From NCBI GenBank assembly GCA_019594305.1, contig JAFDTZ010000003.1:1-32208 (forward strand): a stretch of DNA of 32,208 nucleotides, in the 5' to 3' direction. Shown here piece after piece: positions 23,109 to 32,208 of the stretch. The notes under the pieces were generated by a model. It was not told the origin of the DNA and ran no database searches. It worked only from the letters and a program-made list of their open reading frames with translations. Source of the stretch: Thermoplasmata archaeon (lineage in GTDB: Archaea; Thermoplasmatota; Thermoplasmata; Halarchaeoplasmatales; Halarchaeoplasmataceae). The translations under genes and the position numbers were made by a program. How positions within the stretch are numbered: position 1 is the first letter of the stretch; each line of letters starts with the position of its first letter.

Positions 23109-25628
23109 ATGTCCCTGTATATGAGCAAGGAATTCACAACTAAAGAAAAGGTTCTTGTTAATCTCCTTGAGTTCTTTTCCGTCAAAGATAGGTATCCGAG
23201 ACCTATTGAAATGACACAAGAGGGTATGGCCGAGAGGACAGGCTCCAAACAAAATACCATATCCTATGCCGTAAGGAATCTGGTGGATGAAGGGTTAATT
23301 TATGAAAAAACAACCAGGGTAAAAGGCAAAAAACAACGTCTAAAGGCATATTTTCTTACAGAGAAAGGTATCGAGGAGGCCAGAAATATTAGGAGTAAGA
23401 TGGCCCACCTTCCGGTTAAAATAGAAATAGACGGTGCGAAAAAAGAAGTACAGGCAAAGGATATAAACATGTACTTCCACACAAGGTACAGATTACTCGA
23501 TATAATACTACACATGGAGCAGGGCATCTTCAAGATGATTAAGTCTAAAAGCGATATTCCCAAGGTGGCCTATCTTCACCATATCGCCGAAAATACTAAT
23601 GTAGATCCAGAAGGATATGACGACTTGATCGGGTGGTGGTCAGGGGAAAAAAAGGTTTATATGGTTCTAGGTGAGGAAGGCTCAGGAAAAACGACTCTTC
23701 TAACCAAATTTGTACACTCTATTATTGAAAAACAAAACATCTTTTATTTTAAAATTAGAGATTGGTACACTCAGAGACACCTCTGGGATCACCTGGCTAA
23801 CTTTTTATCATCAACAGGTGAGCATAAACTATACGCATATTTGGATGCATCCAAAAACATCACCTTTAAAGAGGCTTTGAGGGCATTGATATCTGATCTA
23901 AACCATCTTTCCGATGCGGTTATCATCATTGAGGATCTAGACAGGAATGAAAGTATATCCGACTTGGTATACATGATATGCGATAATATCAAAGAAATAA
24001 AAAAAACTAAGATATTATTGTCAGGAAAACCAGGCATGGGTTCACAAGAAATTGTGGAAAAAATCGGTATGGATACATTGAGCCTGGATTACGATGAATG
24101 TACCAAGCCTATGTTCGTAGAATTAGGTAAAGCATACGATCTGGACGAAGGTTGTGACATCGTTCTCGACGTAGTGTTAGAAAGCAAACTCACCCCCGAA
24201 GAGTTCATCGCTACTGCTTATATGTCAATACACCGTCTTCCGGTTGAAAGGTCGGAGATAATTAAGGTGGGCGAGGTTAACAAATACCTATTTAATGAAT
24301 TATTACAAACTCCATTACTTTCACGCACCGTTGAAGACAAAGTGCTTCTGCACGATTTTGTAGTGGATCGGGTAGGAAGCCGGCTATGGATAGAGGAAAA
24401 GGAGATACTGCATTCCTTTGCTGAAGAGTATTATTATGTTATACCCGGTAAGACGGTAGAAGATGAAATTGAGTTTCTATATCACTCAGTGAGGGCCGGA
24501 GATGTCGAAGGCTTCTTAAAAGGCTTGCACGAATACGCAGAGGACATAATATCGTCCGGGTATAGCAGGCAATTGATTAACGAGATAGAAAGTATAGATG
24601 TTCCAACAGATAAAAAAGATGAAGAAGGTATTATGAGATTTTGGAAGGCTGAAGCATACCGTACAATTAACGAACTTGAAGAGGCCATAGTCTCTTACAA
24701 TGATATATTGGAACTATGTACCGATGAGGAGATAAAAACAAGAGCACATATGGGTATAGCGGCGGTGATGGAGGAACAGAAAAAATACGAATTGGCTATT
24801 GAGCAATACGAGTCGGCTGTTGAATGCACTCATAATGTGGGAAGAAACCGAGAGGCCCTTCTGGGAAATATATATCAAAAATTATCCAATATATACAGCA
24901 GGCAGGGCAGCTTTGAAAAAGCTAGAAAGTCTCTTAAAAAGGCTATTACTTTACTTGAGGAGCAGAATGATTATTCACTATTAACAACATTATATCTTTT
25001 ATCCGCTAAACTAGAAAAAGAAAGCGGTGATCTGAGAACAGCATTGAAATATCTGGAGAAAGGTATGAAGTCGTGGAGACTTATAGAAGAAACCTATAAG
25101 AGAGCAGGAGGGCTGCACGATATCGGCTCCTTCTACAAAGTATTGAGAGAACTGGAAGGTGCCGAAGAGTTCCTAAAGGAAGCCGTCGATACATGCGAGC
25201 AATTTGGATACAATCACCTCAAGGGATTAGCTCTTTTAACCTTGACTGAATGCTACATAGAGAAAGGAGAGGCAAATAAAGCTATAACAAATGCAGAAGA
25301 AGCGCAGGAGATTTTTAATTTCCTCGATATCGATGAAGAAGAGGCATACAGCTATGCATTGTTGGGTCAAGCATATGCTAAAATGGATAAAAACGAAGAA
25401 GCAGAACGAAATTTCAACAGGTCTATCACTATCTATCATAAGATCAATTCTTCATACGCCCTAGGTCTTGTTTACTTTTCAATGGCAAAGCTGCAGGAAA
25501 GATCCGGTAATAAAACGGGTGTAGCTGAGAACTATAGAAAGTCGGTGATCTCATTAATATCAAGTGGTGCCGACGATATGGCCGAGCAGGTTGAAAGGGT
25601 AATGAAGACTGTCCCGCTCAATATGTGA
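23109..25628 (+). CDS. wHTH + P-loop NTPase + TPR repeat protein (STAND-like architecture)
   Basis: N-terminal MarR-like wHTH (TQEGMAE…ISYAVRNLVDEGLI…YFLTEKG), Walker A GEEGSGKTT, Walker B IIIED, LHDFV, C-terminal TPR helices. Confidence 0.85.
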   Translation: MSLYMSKEFTTKEKVLVNLLEFFSVKDRYPRPIEMTQEGMAERTGSKQNTISYAVRNLVDEGLIYEKTTRVKGKKQRLKAYFLTEKGIEEARNIRSKMAHLPVKIEIDGAKKEVQAKDINMYFHTRYRLLDIILHMEQGIFKMIKSKSDIPKVAYLHHIAENTNVDPEGYDDLIGWWSGEKKVYMVLGEEGSGKTTLLTKFVHSIIEKQNIFYFKIRDWYTQRHLWDHLANFLSSTGEHKLYAYLDASKNITFKEALRALISDLNHLSDAVIIIEDLDRNESISDLVYMICDNIKEIKKTKILLSGKPGMGSQEIVEKIGMDTLSLDYDECTKPMFVELGKAYDLDEGCDIVLDVVLESKLTPEEFIATAYMSIHRLPVERSEIIKVGEVNKYLFNELLQTPLLSRTVEDKVLLHDFVVDRVGSRLWIEEKEILHSFAEEYYYVIPGKTVEDEIEFLYHSVRAGDVEGFLKGLHEYAEDIISSGYSRQLINEIESIDVPTDKKDEEGIMRFWKAEAYRTINELEEAIVSYNDILELCTDEEIKTRAHMGIAAVMEEQKKYELAIEQYESAVECTHNVGRNREALLGNIYQKLSNIYSRQGSFEKARKSLKKAITLLEEQNDYSLLTTLYLLSAKLEKESGDLRTALKYLEKGMKSWRLIEETYKRAGGLHDIGSFYKVLRELEGAEEFLKEAVDTCEQFGYNHLKGLALLTLTECYIEKGEANKAITNAEEAQEIFNFLDIDEEEAYSYALLGQAYAKMDKNEEAERNFNRSITIYHKINSSYALGLVYFSMAKLQERSGNKTGVAENYRKSVISLISSGADDMAEQVERVMKTVPLNM

Positions 25629-25632
25629 GAAC

Positions 25633-26574
25633 ATGCCTAAACTACCGAGAGAGTTCCTTGAAAGGTTTTTTTCCGACGAAGTAAAAGATTCACAAATTAT
25701 CAAAGGACCCGAATATGGTGAGGATGCAGCTGTGATTAGCATAGGTGATGAGTTTCTTATTGTACATCCTGACCCTATATCCGGTGCGGCAAAGAACATA
25801 GGATGGTTGGCGTTACATATCCCTTCTAATGATGTAGCAGTAAGTGGTGCGAGACCTAGGTGGGCGCTTCCAACAATACAGTTTCCCGAAGATTATTCAC
25901 AGGATCAAATATCAACTATTATGGGTGAATTAAGAGAAGCTGCTAAACTACTTGAAATAGGTATAATCGGAGGACACACAGAGTTTGTTGACGATATAAC
26001 AAAACCGCTTATCACCACTACTGTTATGGGTTTGACGGACAGACCGATTTTCACATCAGGTTCAAATCCCGGCGACATCATCGTCCAGATAGGTGATGCA
26101 GGTATAGAAGGTACCTGGATATTGGCCAGTGATTATGGTGATGAATTGGTAAGCAGGGGTGTGTCCCCTGATACCATCGAAACGGCTTCGAAATGGCGTG
26201 ATCAAATAAGTGTGGTGGACTATGCTTTACAAATTGCTGATATAGCAACTTCTATGCACGATGCCACAGAAGGCGGTATTCTTCAATGCCTTTACGAAAT
26301 GGCGGTGTGCTCGGGTAACCGATTTTTGGTAGATGGGAATTTTAAGTGTAAAAAAGAAACCGGTATTATATGTGATGTTTTAGAGCTCGATATCAATCGG
26401 TTGATATCCTCGGGATGTTTAATAGCAACATTCCCGGAAGATATAAAACCTCCACTTGGAAAGGTAATAGGTCGCGTTGAAGAGGGGGTCGGAGAACTAA
26501 TTTATAACGATAATACCGTAGTTGAGGAAACGGAGGACGAGCTCTTTAGGGCCATAAGGAATTTTATGTGTTAG
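25633..26574 (+). CDS. AIR synthase-related (PurM/HypE-like) protein
   Basis: GPEYGEDAAV, HPDPISGA, NDVAVSGARP, GGHTE, MHDATEGG, LISSG. Confidence 0.85.
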   Translation: MPKLPREFLERFFSDEVKDSQIIKGPEYGEDAAVISIGDEFLIVHPDPISGAAKNIGWLALHIPSNDVAVSGARPRWALPTIQFPEDYSQDQISTIMGELREAAKLLEIGIIGGHTEFVDDITKPLITTTVMGLTDRPIFTSGSNPGDIIVQIGDAGIEGTWILASDYGDELVSRGVSPDTIETASKWRDQISVVDYALQIADIATSMHDATEGGILQCLYEMAVCSGNRFLVDGNFKCKKETGIICDVLELDINRLISSGCLIATFPEDIKPPLGKVIGRVEEGVGELIYNDNTVVEETEDELFRAIRNFMC

Positions 26575-26575
26575 A

Positions 26576-27013
26576 TTATTTATAGGAATGACACTCCTGG
26601 CAGTACCAACTTTGGTATTCTTCTCTCCAAACCAGTTCGTTCTTACAATCGCTGCAAATATTTTTTTTGCCTAATACGGAGAAAAATGTATCCTTGCTAT
26701 CTTTGACCTTTCTATCAATATTGTCCATATACGTACTCTTAGACCTATCGCTTTTTTCGTAATATTGGTCTTGGGTATAATCCGGAGGTTTATTTATGTA
26801 GCTTTCATCTATTTTGTGTCCGCACCATTGGCATTCACGCCTTGATTTTAATACCGGGCCATTACATATAGGGCATCTTCTTATATCGGTTTCCTTTTCC
26901 TTTTTTGAATAGTAGTATAGTACCCCTATCACGATTATAATGATAAATATTATTCCGCAACAAGCGAAAAATGTAAGTTGAGTTTCTGGAGTTTGATCAA
27001 GAGCGATGTTCAT
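26576..27013 (-). CDS. membrane-anchored double zinc-ribbon protein
   Basis: N-terminal TM, CPIC…CQWC and CSDC…WYCQEC. Confidence 0.75.
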   Translation of the reverse strand: MNIALDQTPETQLTFFACCGIIFIIIIVIGVLYYYSKKEKETDIRRCPICNGPVLKSRRECQWCGHKIDESYINKPPDYTQDQYYEKSDRSKSTYMDNIDRKVKDSKDTFFSVLGKKNICSDCKNELVWREEYQSWYCQECHSYK

Positions 27014-27103
27014 TGTATATCAAATACGTATAGCTATAAATAAAAGTATTGGAAGTAAAGATGAGCACAATATTTATACAATCTAAATCAGATGACCTAA
27101 AAC

Positions 27104-27745
27104 ATGGTATGTCATGTTAACTTAAAAGAAGTGAATTACTATTTCATTACCAACGAAGTTATGGATTTACCGGCACCTGAACAGGCCGTTATCGCTATAG
27201 ACTGCGGTGTAAAGATGATACAATACCGTAGAAAGGAGGGAAATACGAAGGATATCTACATGGAGGCCTGTGAGTTAAAAGAAATATGTGATAAAAAAGC
27301 TATCTTCATCGTTAATGATAGAGTGGATATAGCTCTCGCAGTAGGTGCGGACGGTGTCCACTTAGGGCAGAACGATTTACCGGCTGATATAGCCAGGGAA
27401 TTGATAGGCGATGGAATACTCGGTGTGTCAACACATGATATGAAACAAGCTTTATCGGCTGAAAAGATTGCTGATTACATAGGTATAGGCCCTGTTCACA
27501 GAACAAGAACTAAGAAAGGAGCCGATAAGGAACTCGGTATCAAAGGCGTTCTTGATATAGCCAAGGAGGTAGCAGTACCGACGGCCGCCATAGGCGGGAT
27601 AGATGAGAATGACCTGGACCCCCTCGCAGAAGGTACTGACATGGTGTGTGCAATATCAAGTGTGTGCCAACACGGAACTCTCCGAGAGCGAATAAAGATG
27701 TTCGAAAAAAAATATTGTGAAGAGAAGAGTAGGTGGCGGAGATGA
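27104..27745 (+). CDS. thiE: thiamine-phosphate synthase
   Basis: IQYRRK, IVNDRVDIA, GVHLGQND, GVSTH, GPVHRTRTK, AIGGI. Confidence 0.93.
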   Translation: MVCHVNLKEVNYYFITNEVMDLPAPEQAVIAIDCGVKMIQYRRKEGNTKDIYMEACELKEICDKKAIFIVNDRVDIALAVGADGVHLGQNDLPADIARELIGDGILGVSTHDMKQALSAEKIADYIGIGPVHRTRTKKGADKELGIKGVLDIAKEVAVPTAAIGGIDENDLDPLAEGTDMVCAISSVCQHGTLRERIKMFEKKYCEEKSRWRR

Positions 27746-28689
27746 CGGATATAAAGGAGTTAGGCGAGTTCGGATTGTTGGAGCGTTTGACCGGTGACAT
27801 AAAACCGGGACATGGTGTCGTAAAAGGTATAGGCGACGACTGTGCGGTTATCGAGGGAGAAGATTTTTACAAACTCGTTACAACTGATATGTTGGTATCT
27901 GGTGACCATTTCAGATGCGACTGGCACAGTCCCTGGCAGATAGGTTGGAAGTCCATTGTGGTGAACGTATCCGATATAGCCTCCATGGGCGGTCTGCCGG
28001 ACTACGCCCTTGTATCCATGGCCTTACCCGACGGGACGGAGGTGGAGTTCATGGAAGAGGTGTTCAAAGGTATGAAGGATGCCTGCGATTCACATGGAGT
28101 CGATATAATAGGTGGTGACACAACCCACGGGAACGAGCTTGTTATCAATGTTGCAATGCTGGGGCATGTGGAGCGTGAATTACTGTGCCTGAGGAGTGAT
28201 GCCCGTCTAGGCGATATGATTTGTATCACGGGCGATCTGGGTAAAAGCTGGGCCGGCCTTGAGCTCCTGAGGGCTAGCAAAACGGGTTACACCGAATTTT
28301 ACCTTCAACCCCAATGCCAACTCGATACCGGAAGAATGCTGGCACCCTACGTTAACGCAATGATAGACGTAAGTGACGGCCTGGCCTCTGAGGTTAAGCA
28401 CATATGTCGTGAGAGTGGTGTCGGTGCCGAAATAAAAATGAAGGATATTCCGATATCAGAAAAAACCATTGAAGCCGGCTCAAGTCTAGGTAAGGATCCT
28501 TTAGAATGGGCCCTTTCGGGTGGGGAAGATTTTGAGCTACTGTACACGGTATCCCGTGAGCAATACAAAAACGTCAAAAGCACGGGTCCGATAGTCATCG
28601 GCTCGATTTTAGACGACGGCGTGTATCTTTTTGACGGTCATAGGAAACCATTGAAAGGCGGATACGATCACTTCAAGAGGGATGGTTAG
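27733..28689 (+). CDS. thiL: thiamine-monophosphate kinase
   Basis: GEFGLL, GIGDDCA, TTDMLV.G.HF, NVSDIASMGG, GGDT, IDVSDGL, GGEDFEL, GYDHF. Confidence 0.95.
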   Translation: MAEMTDIKELGEFGLLERLTGDIKPGHGVVKGIGDDCAVIEGEDFYKLVTTDMLVSGDHFRCDWHSPWQIGWKSIVVNVSDIASMGGLPDYALVSMALPDGTEVEFMEEVFKGMKDACDSHGVDIIGGDTTHGNELVINVAMLGHVERELLCLRSDARLGDMICITGDLGKSWAGLELLRASKTGYTEFYLQPQCQLDTGRMLAPYVNAMIDVSDGLASEVKHICRESGVGAEIKMKDIPISEKTIEAGSSLGKDPLEWALSGGEDFELLYTVSREQYKNVKSTGPIVIGSILDDGVYLFDGHRKPLKGGYDHFKRDG

Positions 28690-29165
28690 AGTTCTTTCCT
28701 CTTTCGTAGGAGGTAGGTCTCATAGCCGCACTCACTCCAGAATTCGTTAGCTATATCGTTTTCAGGCGCAACGGTAACAACAGCTAGTCTGACACCTTTT
28801 CTTCGAATCCAGTCTTCCGCTGCCTGCACCAAAAGACTACCTATGCCCTCCTCCCTCCTGTTTTCCTTTATATATATATCCATTATGACTCCCATGTATC
28901 TAACACTGAAAAAAGATGCTCGCTTCCTCAATGTAGCACTGGCAAAGCCGAGGATCTCGTTATTATCTTTTGCGACGAACGTTGTATAGTTTTCCTCCTC
29001 TATATTCTCCTCCATCATGCCTAGCCACTGTTTTTTTGGATCTTTCGAAAGATTGTATCCCTTCATTATCTTTTCATGCATTCTAGCTAATTCGTACCAC
29101 AAATTCGCTAATTCGTAGAGGTCTTCCTTTCTAGCTTTCCTTACTCTTATGTTCATGGGCAACAC
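28686..29165 (-). CDS. GNAT family N-acetyltransferase
   Basis: IRVRKA, DIYIKENRREEGIGSLL (motif A), N..A.EFW…GY. Confidence 0.88.
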   Translation of the reverse strand: MLPMNIRVRKARKEDLYELANLWYELARMHEKIMKGYNLSKDPKKQWLGMMEENIEEENYTTFVAKDNNEILGFASATLRKRASFFSVRYMGVIMDIYIKENRREEGIGSLLVQAAEDWIRRKGVRLAVVTVAPENDIANEFWSECGYETYLLRKRKEL

Positions 29166-29314
29166 TAGATGTTATCCTATTCAAAGGTATTTTGTATTAA
29201 TATATATCTGTAATATCGTCGAAATTATTCTTTGATAGCATCGAAAAGGGATAAAACTATAAATATGCAAAGGCATTAGGGAGGGTAAAATAGAGAATAT
29301 TGGAGGCATAAAAC

Positions 29315-30592
29315 ATGGCAGAAAAACCACATTTGAACCTCGTGTTCATCGGCCACGTAGACCACGGGAAGTCAACCCTTGTGGGTCGTACCCTGTTCGA
29401 GACAGGGGCAGTCGAAGCTCACAAGATCGCGGAATACAAGAAAAAGGCAGAAGAAATGGGTAAGGGTACCTTTGAGTTTGCCTGGGTAATGGATCGTTTA
29501 AAGGAAGAAAGAGAACGAGGTCTTACGATAGACGTAATGCACCAGCGGTTCGACACCGATAAGTATTATTTCACAATCATAGACGCCCCAGGACACCGAG
29601 ATTTTGTAAAAAACATGATCACAGGTACTAGCCAAGCAGACGCTGCAGTTATGGTTGTAGCCGCACCCGAAGGTATCATGGCTCAAACAAGGGAACACGC
29701 ATTCCTTGCAAGAACATTAGGCGTAGGTCAGTTAATAGTTGCAGTTAACAAGATGGACGCGACAAAACCGGAGTACAGCGAAGAAAGATTCAATGCTGTG
29801 AAAGATGATATGACCAAGTTGCTTAAGCAAATTGGTTACAAGGATGAACAATATCAAATACTTCCATTAAGTGGACTCCAGGGTGATAATGTTAAAGAAA
29901 AGAGTGATAATTTGCCTTGGTGGGACGGAACACAGTTCCTTAAAGCAATCGATAATTTGAATGTTCCGGAGAAACCCATCAACAAACCACTTAGGTTACC
30001 CGTGCAGGACGTATACACTATTACCGGAATCGGTACTGTCCCTGTAGGAAGAGTTGAAACAGGCGTGATGAAACCCGGGGACAAGATAATGTTCAATCCT
30101 GCGAATGTTACAGGAGAGGTAAAATCTATAGAACAGCATCACGAACAGATCCCAAAAGCTGAACCCGGCGATAACTGCGGATTCAACGTTAGAGGTGTAG
30201 GTAAGAACGACATTAGAAGAGGCGATGTTGCAGGACCTGTCGACAACCCACCAACTGTTGCAGAAACATTCGATGCCCGCATCATCATCCTAGACCATCC
30301 AAGTGTAGTCACCGTAGGATATACACCGGTGTTCCATGCCCATACGGCCCAGGTAGCTTGCACTTTCATAGAGTTAAAGCAAAAACTGAATCCTAGGACC
30401 GGAGAGGTAGTTGAAGAGAATCCAACCATCCTCAAAAATGGCGATGCCGCAATAGTGACCGTGAAGCCCACAAGGTTGTTCTCACTTGAGACTGCAAAGG
30501 ACTTCCCGGAGATGGCAAGATTCGCTATTAGGGACATGGGGAAAACAGTTGCTGCGGGACAGTGCATCAGCATTGTGCCGAAGAAAATGTAA
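29315..30592 (+). CDS. tuf: translation elongation factor 1-alpha (aEF-1A)
   Basis: [37 protein letters not shown]; GGAGG RBS and TATAAATA upstream. Confidence 0.98.
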   Translation: MAEKPHLNLVFIGHVDHGKSTLVGRTLFETGAVEAHKIAEYKKKAEEMGKGTFEFAWVMDRLKEERERGLTIDVMHQRFDTDKYYFTIIDAPGHRDFVKNMITGTSQADAAVMVVAAPEGIMAQTREHAFLARTLGVGQLIVAVNKMDATKPEYSEERFNAVKDDMTKLLKQIGYKDEQYQILPLSGLQGDNVKEKSDNLPWWDGTQFLKAIDNLNVPEKPINKPLRLPVQDVYTITGIGTVPVGRVETGVMKPGDKIMFNPANVTGEVKSIEQHHEQIPKAEPGDNCGFNVRGVGKNDIRRGDVAGPVDNPPTVAETFDARIIILDHPSVVTVGYTPVFHAHTAQVACTFIELKQKLNPRTGEVVEENPTILKNGDAAIVTVKPTRLFSLETAKDFPEMARFAIRDMGKTVAAGQCISIVPKKM

Positions 30593-30642
30593 AACCCCTT
30601 TCCAAACCTTTTTATTATACCCATTTTTCTGAGGAATCGAAG

Positions 30643-30954
30643 ATGGCACAAAGAGCTAGAATTTCACTGAGCGGGACGAGCCCACAACGCGTGGACGACA
30701 TATGCAATCAAATCAAGAGAATTTCCGAAAGAACAGGTGTAGCTATCAAAGGACCTATCCCACTACCCACCAAAAAATTGGTAGTACCCTGCAGAAAGTC
30801 ACCGGACGGAGAGGGTTCTGAGACCTGGGAACGATGGGAGATGAGAATTCATAAAAGACTTATCGACATCGATGCAGACGAAAGAGCACTTAGACAGCTC
30901 ATGCGGATACAGGTTCCCGATGAAGTTCAGATTGAGATAGTATTGAAGGGTTAG
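30643..30954 (+). CDS. rpsJ: 30S ribosomal protein uS10
   Basis: [37 protein letters not shown]; start placed at ATG 30643 after a GAGG RBS. Confidence 0.97.
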   Translation: MAQRARISLSGTSPQRVDDICNQIKRISERTGVAIKGPIPLPTKKLVVPCRKSPDGEGSETWERWEMRIHKRLIDIDADERALRQLMRIQVPDEVQIEIVLKG

Positions 30955-31062
30955 TATTGGACTCATACTTTCGTTCACGTATCTTATAATAGATTATGTA
31001 ATGAAGGTTAGACCTATCTACTTTCCAAAACCCTTATAGATATGTACATTATAATCTGGTTG

Positions 31063-31274
31063 TTCGCAAACAGCTCATTTCGGGCCCATAGATATTGGCT
31101 CAATCAAAGATTCGCAGGGAACTTGTTCCTGCTCTCGTCAATTTAAAAAAATTGACGATTCAGCTCATCTATGCACCCACTTATTCACTCACGTTCATTC
31201 GTGGGCCCATAGACATTGGCTCAACAAAAAGTGTTCAGCCTATCGATGGCCCCTCATTCGCAACAGCTCATTTC
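31063..31274 (+). repeat. two hairpin elements carrying duplicated tRNA-Ala 5' ends
   Basis: gggcccataga at 31082 and 31203 (also the tRNA start at 31275), each followed by attggctcaa; the leader aacagctcatttc is duplicated; internal stem-loops present. Confidence 0.85.
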
Positions 31275-31348
31275 GGGCCCATAGATCAGACCGGAAGATC
31301 GCGACCTTTGCAAGGTTGAGGCCGCGGGTTCAAATCCCGCTGGGTCCA
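31275..31348 (+). tRNA. tRNA-Ala(UGC)
   Basis: Full cloverleaf: GGGCCCA/TGGGTCC acceptor with G3:U70, GATC D-stem, CGACC-TTTGCAA-GGTTG anticodon arm, GCGGG-TTCAAAT-CCCGC T-arm, A73; CCA not encoded. Confidence 0.97.
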
Positions 31349-31852
31349 CTCAACTTCGTTTCGTGTCCCATTCGGGATTTGAAAACACGTGGGAACAAGT
31401 TTCCACTACTCACAAATTTTCGCTGAAAATTTGTTCGTCCCGCTGGGTGAGTTTAATTTGATAAACGAGCTATTAGAAAGCGCCAGCTTTGTTATTGGTC
31501 CATTAAAACTTTTTTTAGTGGACATCGAAAAGTTCGTTAGATCTTTTGGAGGGGTCCATTTATTTTCGAAGAAAATCAATGGGCACAGAGAATGCGATAG
31601 CTTTCTTTGGGGTCCACTCCACTATGTTTCGTGTCCTCATCGGGATTTTTCAACTCGTTGGAATTATAAATTCCACTTGCTCACAAAACATAGTTTTGTT
31701 CAACAATGGGGGACACGTTTCCCACGGTCACAAATTTTCGGTGAAAATTTGTTGTAAACTGGAATCGCTGATTCCAGTAATTCACAAATCGAGAACGATT
31801 TGTTCGTCCCGCTGGGCGAGTTTCCACATGTAAACGAGCTATTTGAGAGAGC
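31342..31852 (+). repeat. two modular hairpin elements carrying duplicated and antisense tRNA-Ala 3' ends
   Basis: Units 31342-31482 and 31610-31852 share gggtccactc…tttcgtgtcc…cgggattt, tcacaaa…tttgtt hairpins and ttgttcgtcccgctggg(t/c)gagttt…taaacgagctatt. Confidence 0.85.
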
Positions 31853-31901
31853 ATCTGATTTTGATAGACCAAATACCCAGTTCATGAAAAAAGAAAGGGC
31901 G

Positions 31902-32117
31902 TTAGCTTCTTCTATGTCCAAGGAAAAAGATAACCCAGATGTAGTACCCTGCAATCACAGCAATCACTCCGAAAAGATGCAAAAAGAAGTATCCTATGAC
32001 CAGTGAAATCAACCATACCCAACGATATTTACTTTCTACTCTCCTTCTGGTCATGTCCCAAGACAGCCAAAACAGTACAATTAACGCCAAGATGAGGTCT
32101 AATATTTGATAAAGCAT
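31902..32117 (-). CDS. small 2-TM membrane protein (PLDc N-terminal-like)
   Basis: W.SWDMTRR…WVW…FG…YY pattern; hydrophobic. Confidence 0.6.
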   Translation of the reverse strand: MLYQILDLILALIVLFWLSWDMTRRRVESKYRWVWLISLVIGYFFLHLFGVIAVIAGYYIWVIFFLGHRRS

Positions 32118-32208
32118 ATTCTTAACTCACTTTTTTCTATGTATTAAACGATGTGCAACATATTCGAGAAAATCTCTGCCTTCAGAATGTAATTCTACGG
32201 CATTTAAC

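Noticed and set aside
25633-26574. Calling this gene hypE because hypC is nearby
   Set aside because: It lacks the C-terminal PRIC motif essential for HypE.
31063-31852. CRISPR array, or split/permuted tRNA genes
   Set aside because: The repeats are irregular in spacing and sequence with no cas genes; the tRNA fragments are only 10-12 nt, have no BHB motifs, and an intact tRNA is present.
31095-32006. Short ORFs over the tRNA/repeat region (31095-31319, 31389-31757, 31546-31833, 31681-31872, 31700-31954, 31800-32006)
   Set aside because: They overlap the tRNA or palindromic repeats and have no protein-like features.

Overview
Archaeal chromosome segment. Evidence: aEF-1A/tuf, uS10, an archaeal RecJ-like DHH protein, Thi4 and TATA-box promoters close to start codons. 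The lineage is probably Thermoplasmatota-like, which is an inference. Left part: membrane protein, cupin, kynureninase, MOT1-type molybdate/sulfate transporter, MBL hydrolase and hypC. Centre (5.5-15.7 kb): a sulfur/thiamine cluster with metY, an HTH regulator, an AT-rich CBS/CysK-methyltransferase-cystathionine lyase operon, Cys-type thi4, an archaemetzincin-like protein lacking HEXXH, a MoeB/ThiF E1, a cysteine desulfurase, a stand-alone TBP-like Cys domain and a THUMP-less ThiI. Four promoters in this cluster share the palindrome ATAT(A/T/C)AC-N3-GTTATAT. Next come polX-ligA and a decaying insertion hotspot between ligA and recJ, with duplicated gene ends, pseudogenes and a RelE-type TA pair. 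Then a wHTH-NTPase-TPR protein, an AIR-synthase-like protein, thiE-thiL, a GNAT, tuf-rpsJ and tRNA-Ala(UGC). The most unusual non-coding structure is a set of miniature hairpin elements on both sides of tRNA-Ala, each carrying a duplicate and an antisense copy of a tRNA end. All calls come from reading motifs by eye; no database search was run.
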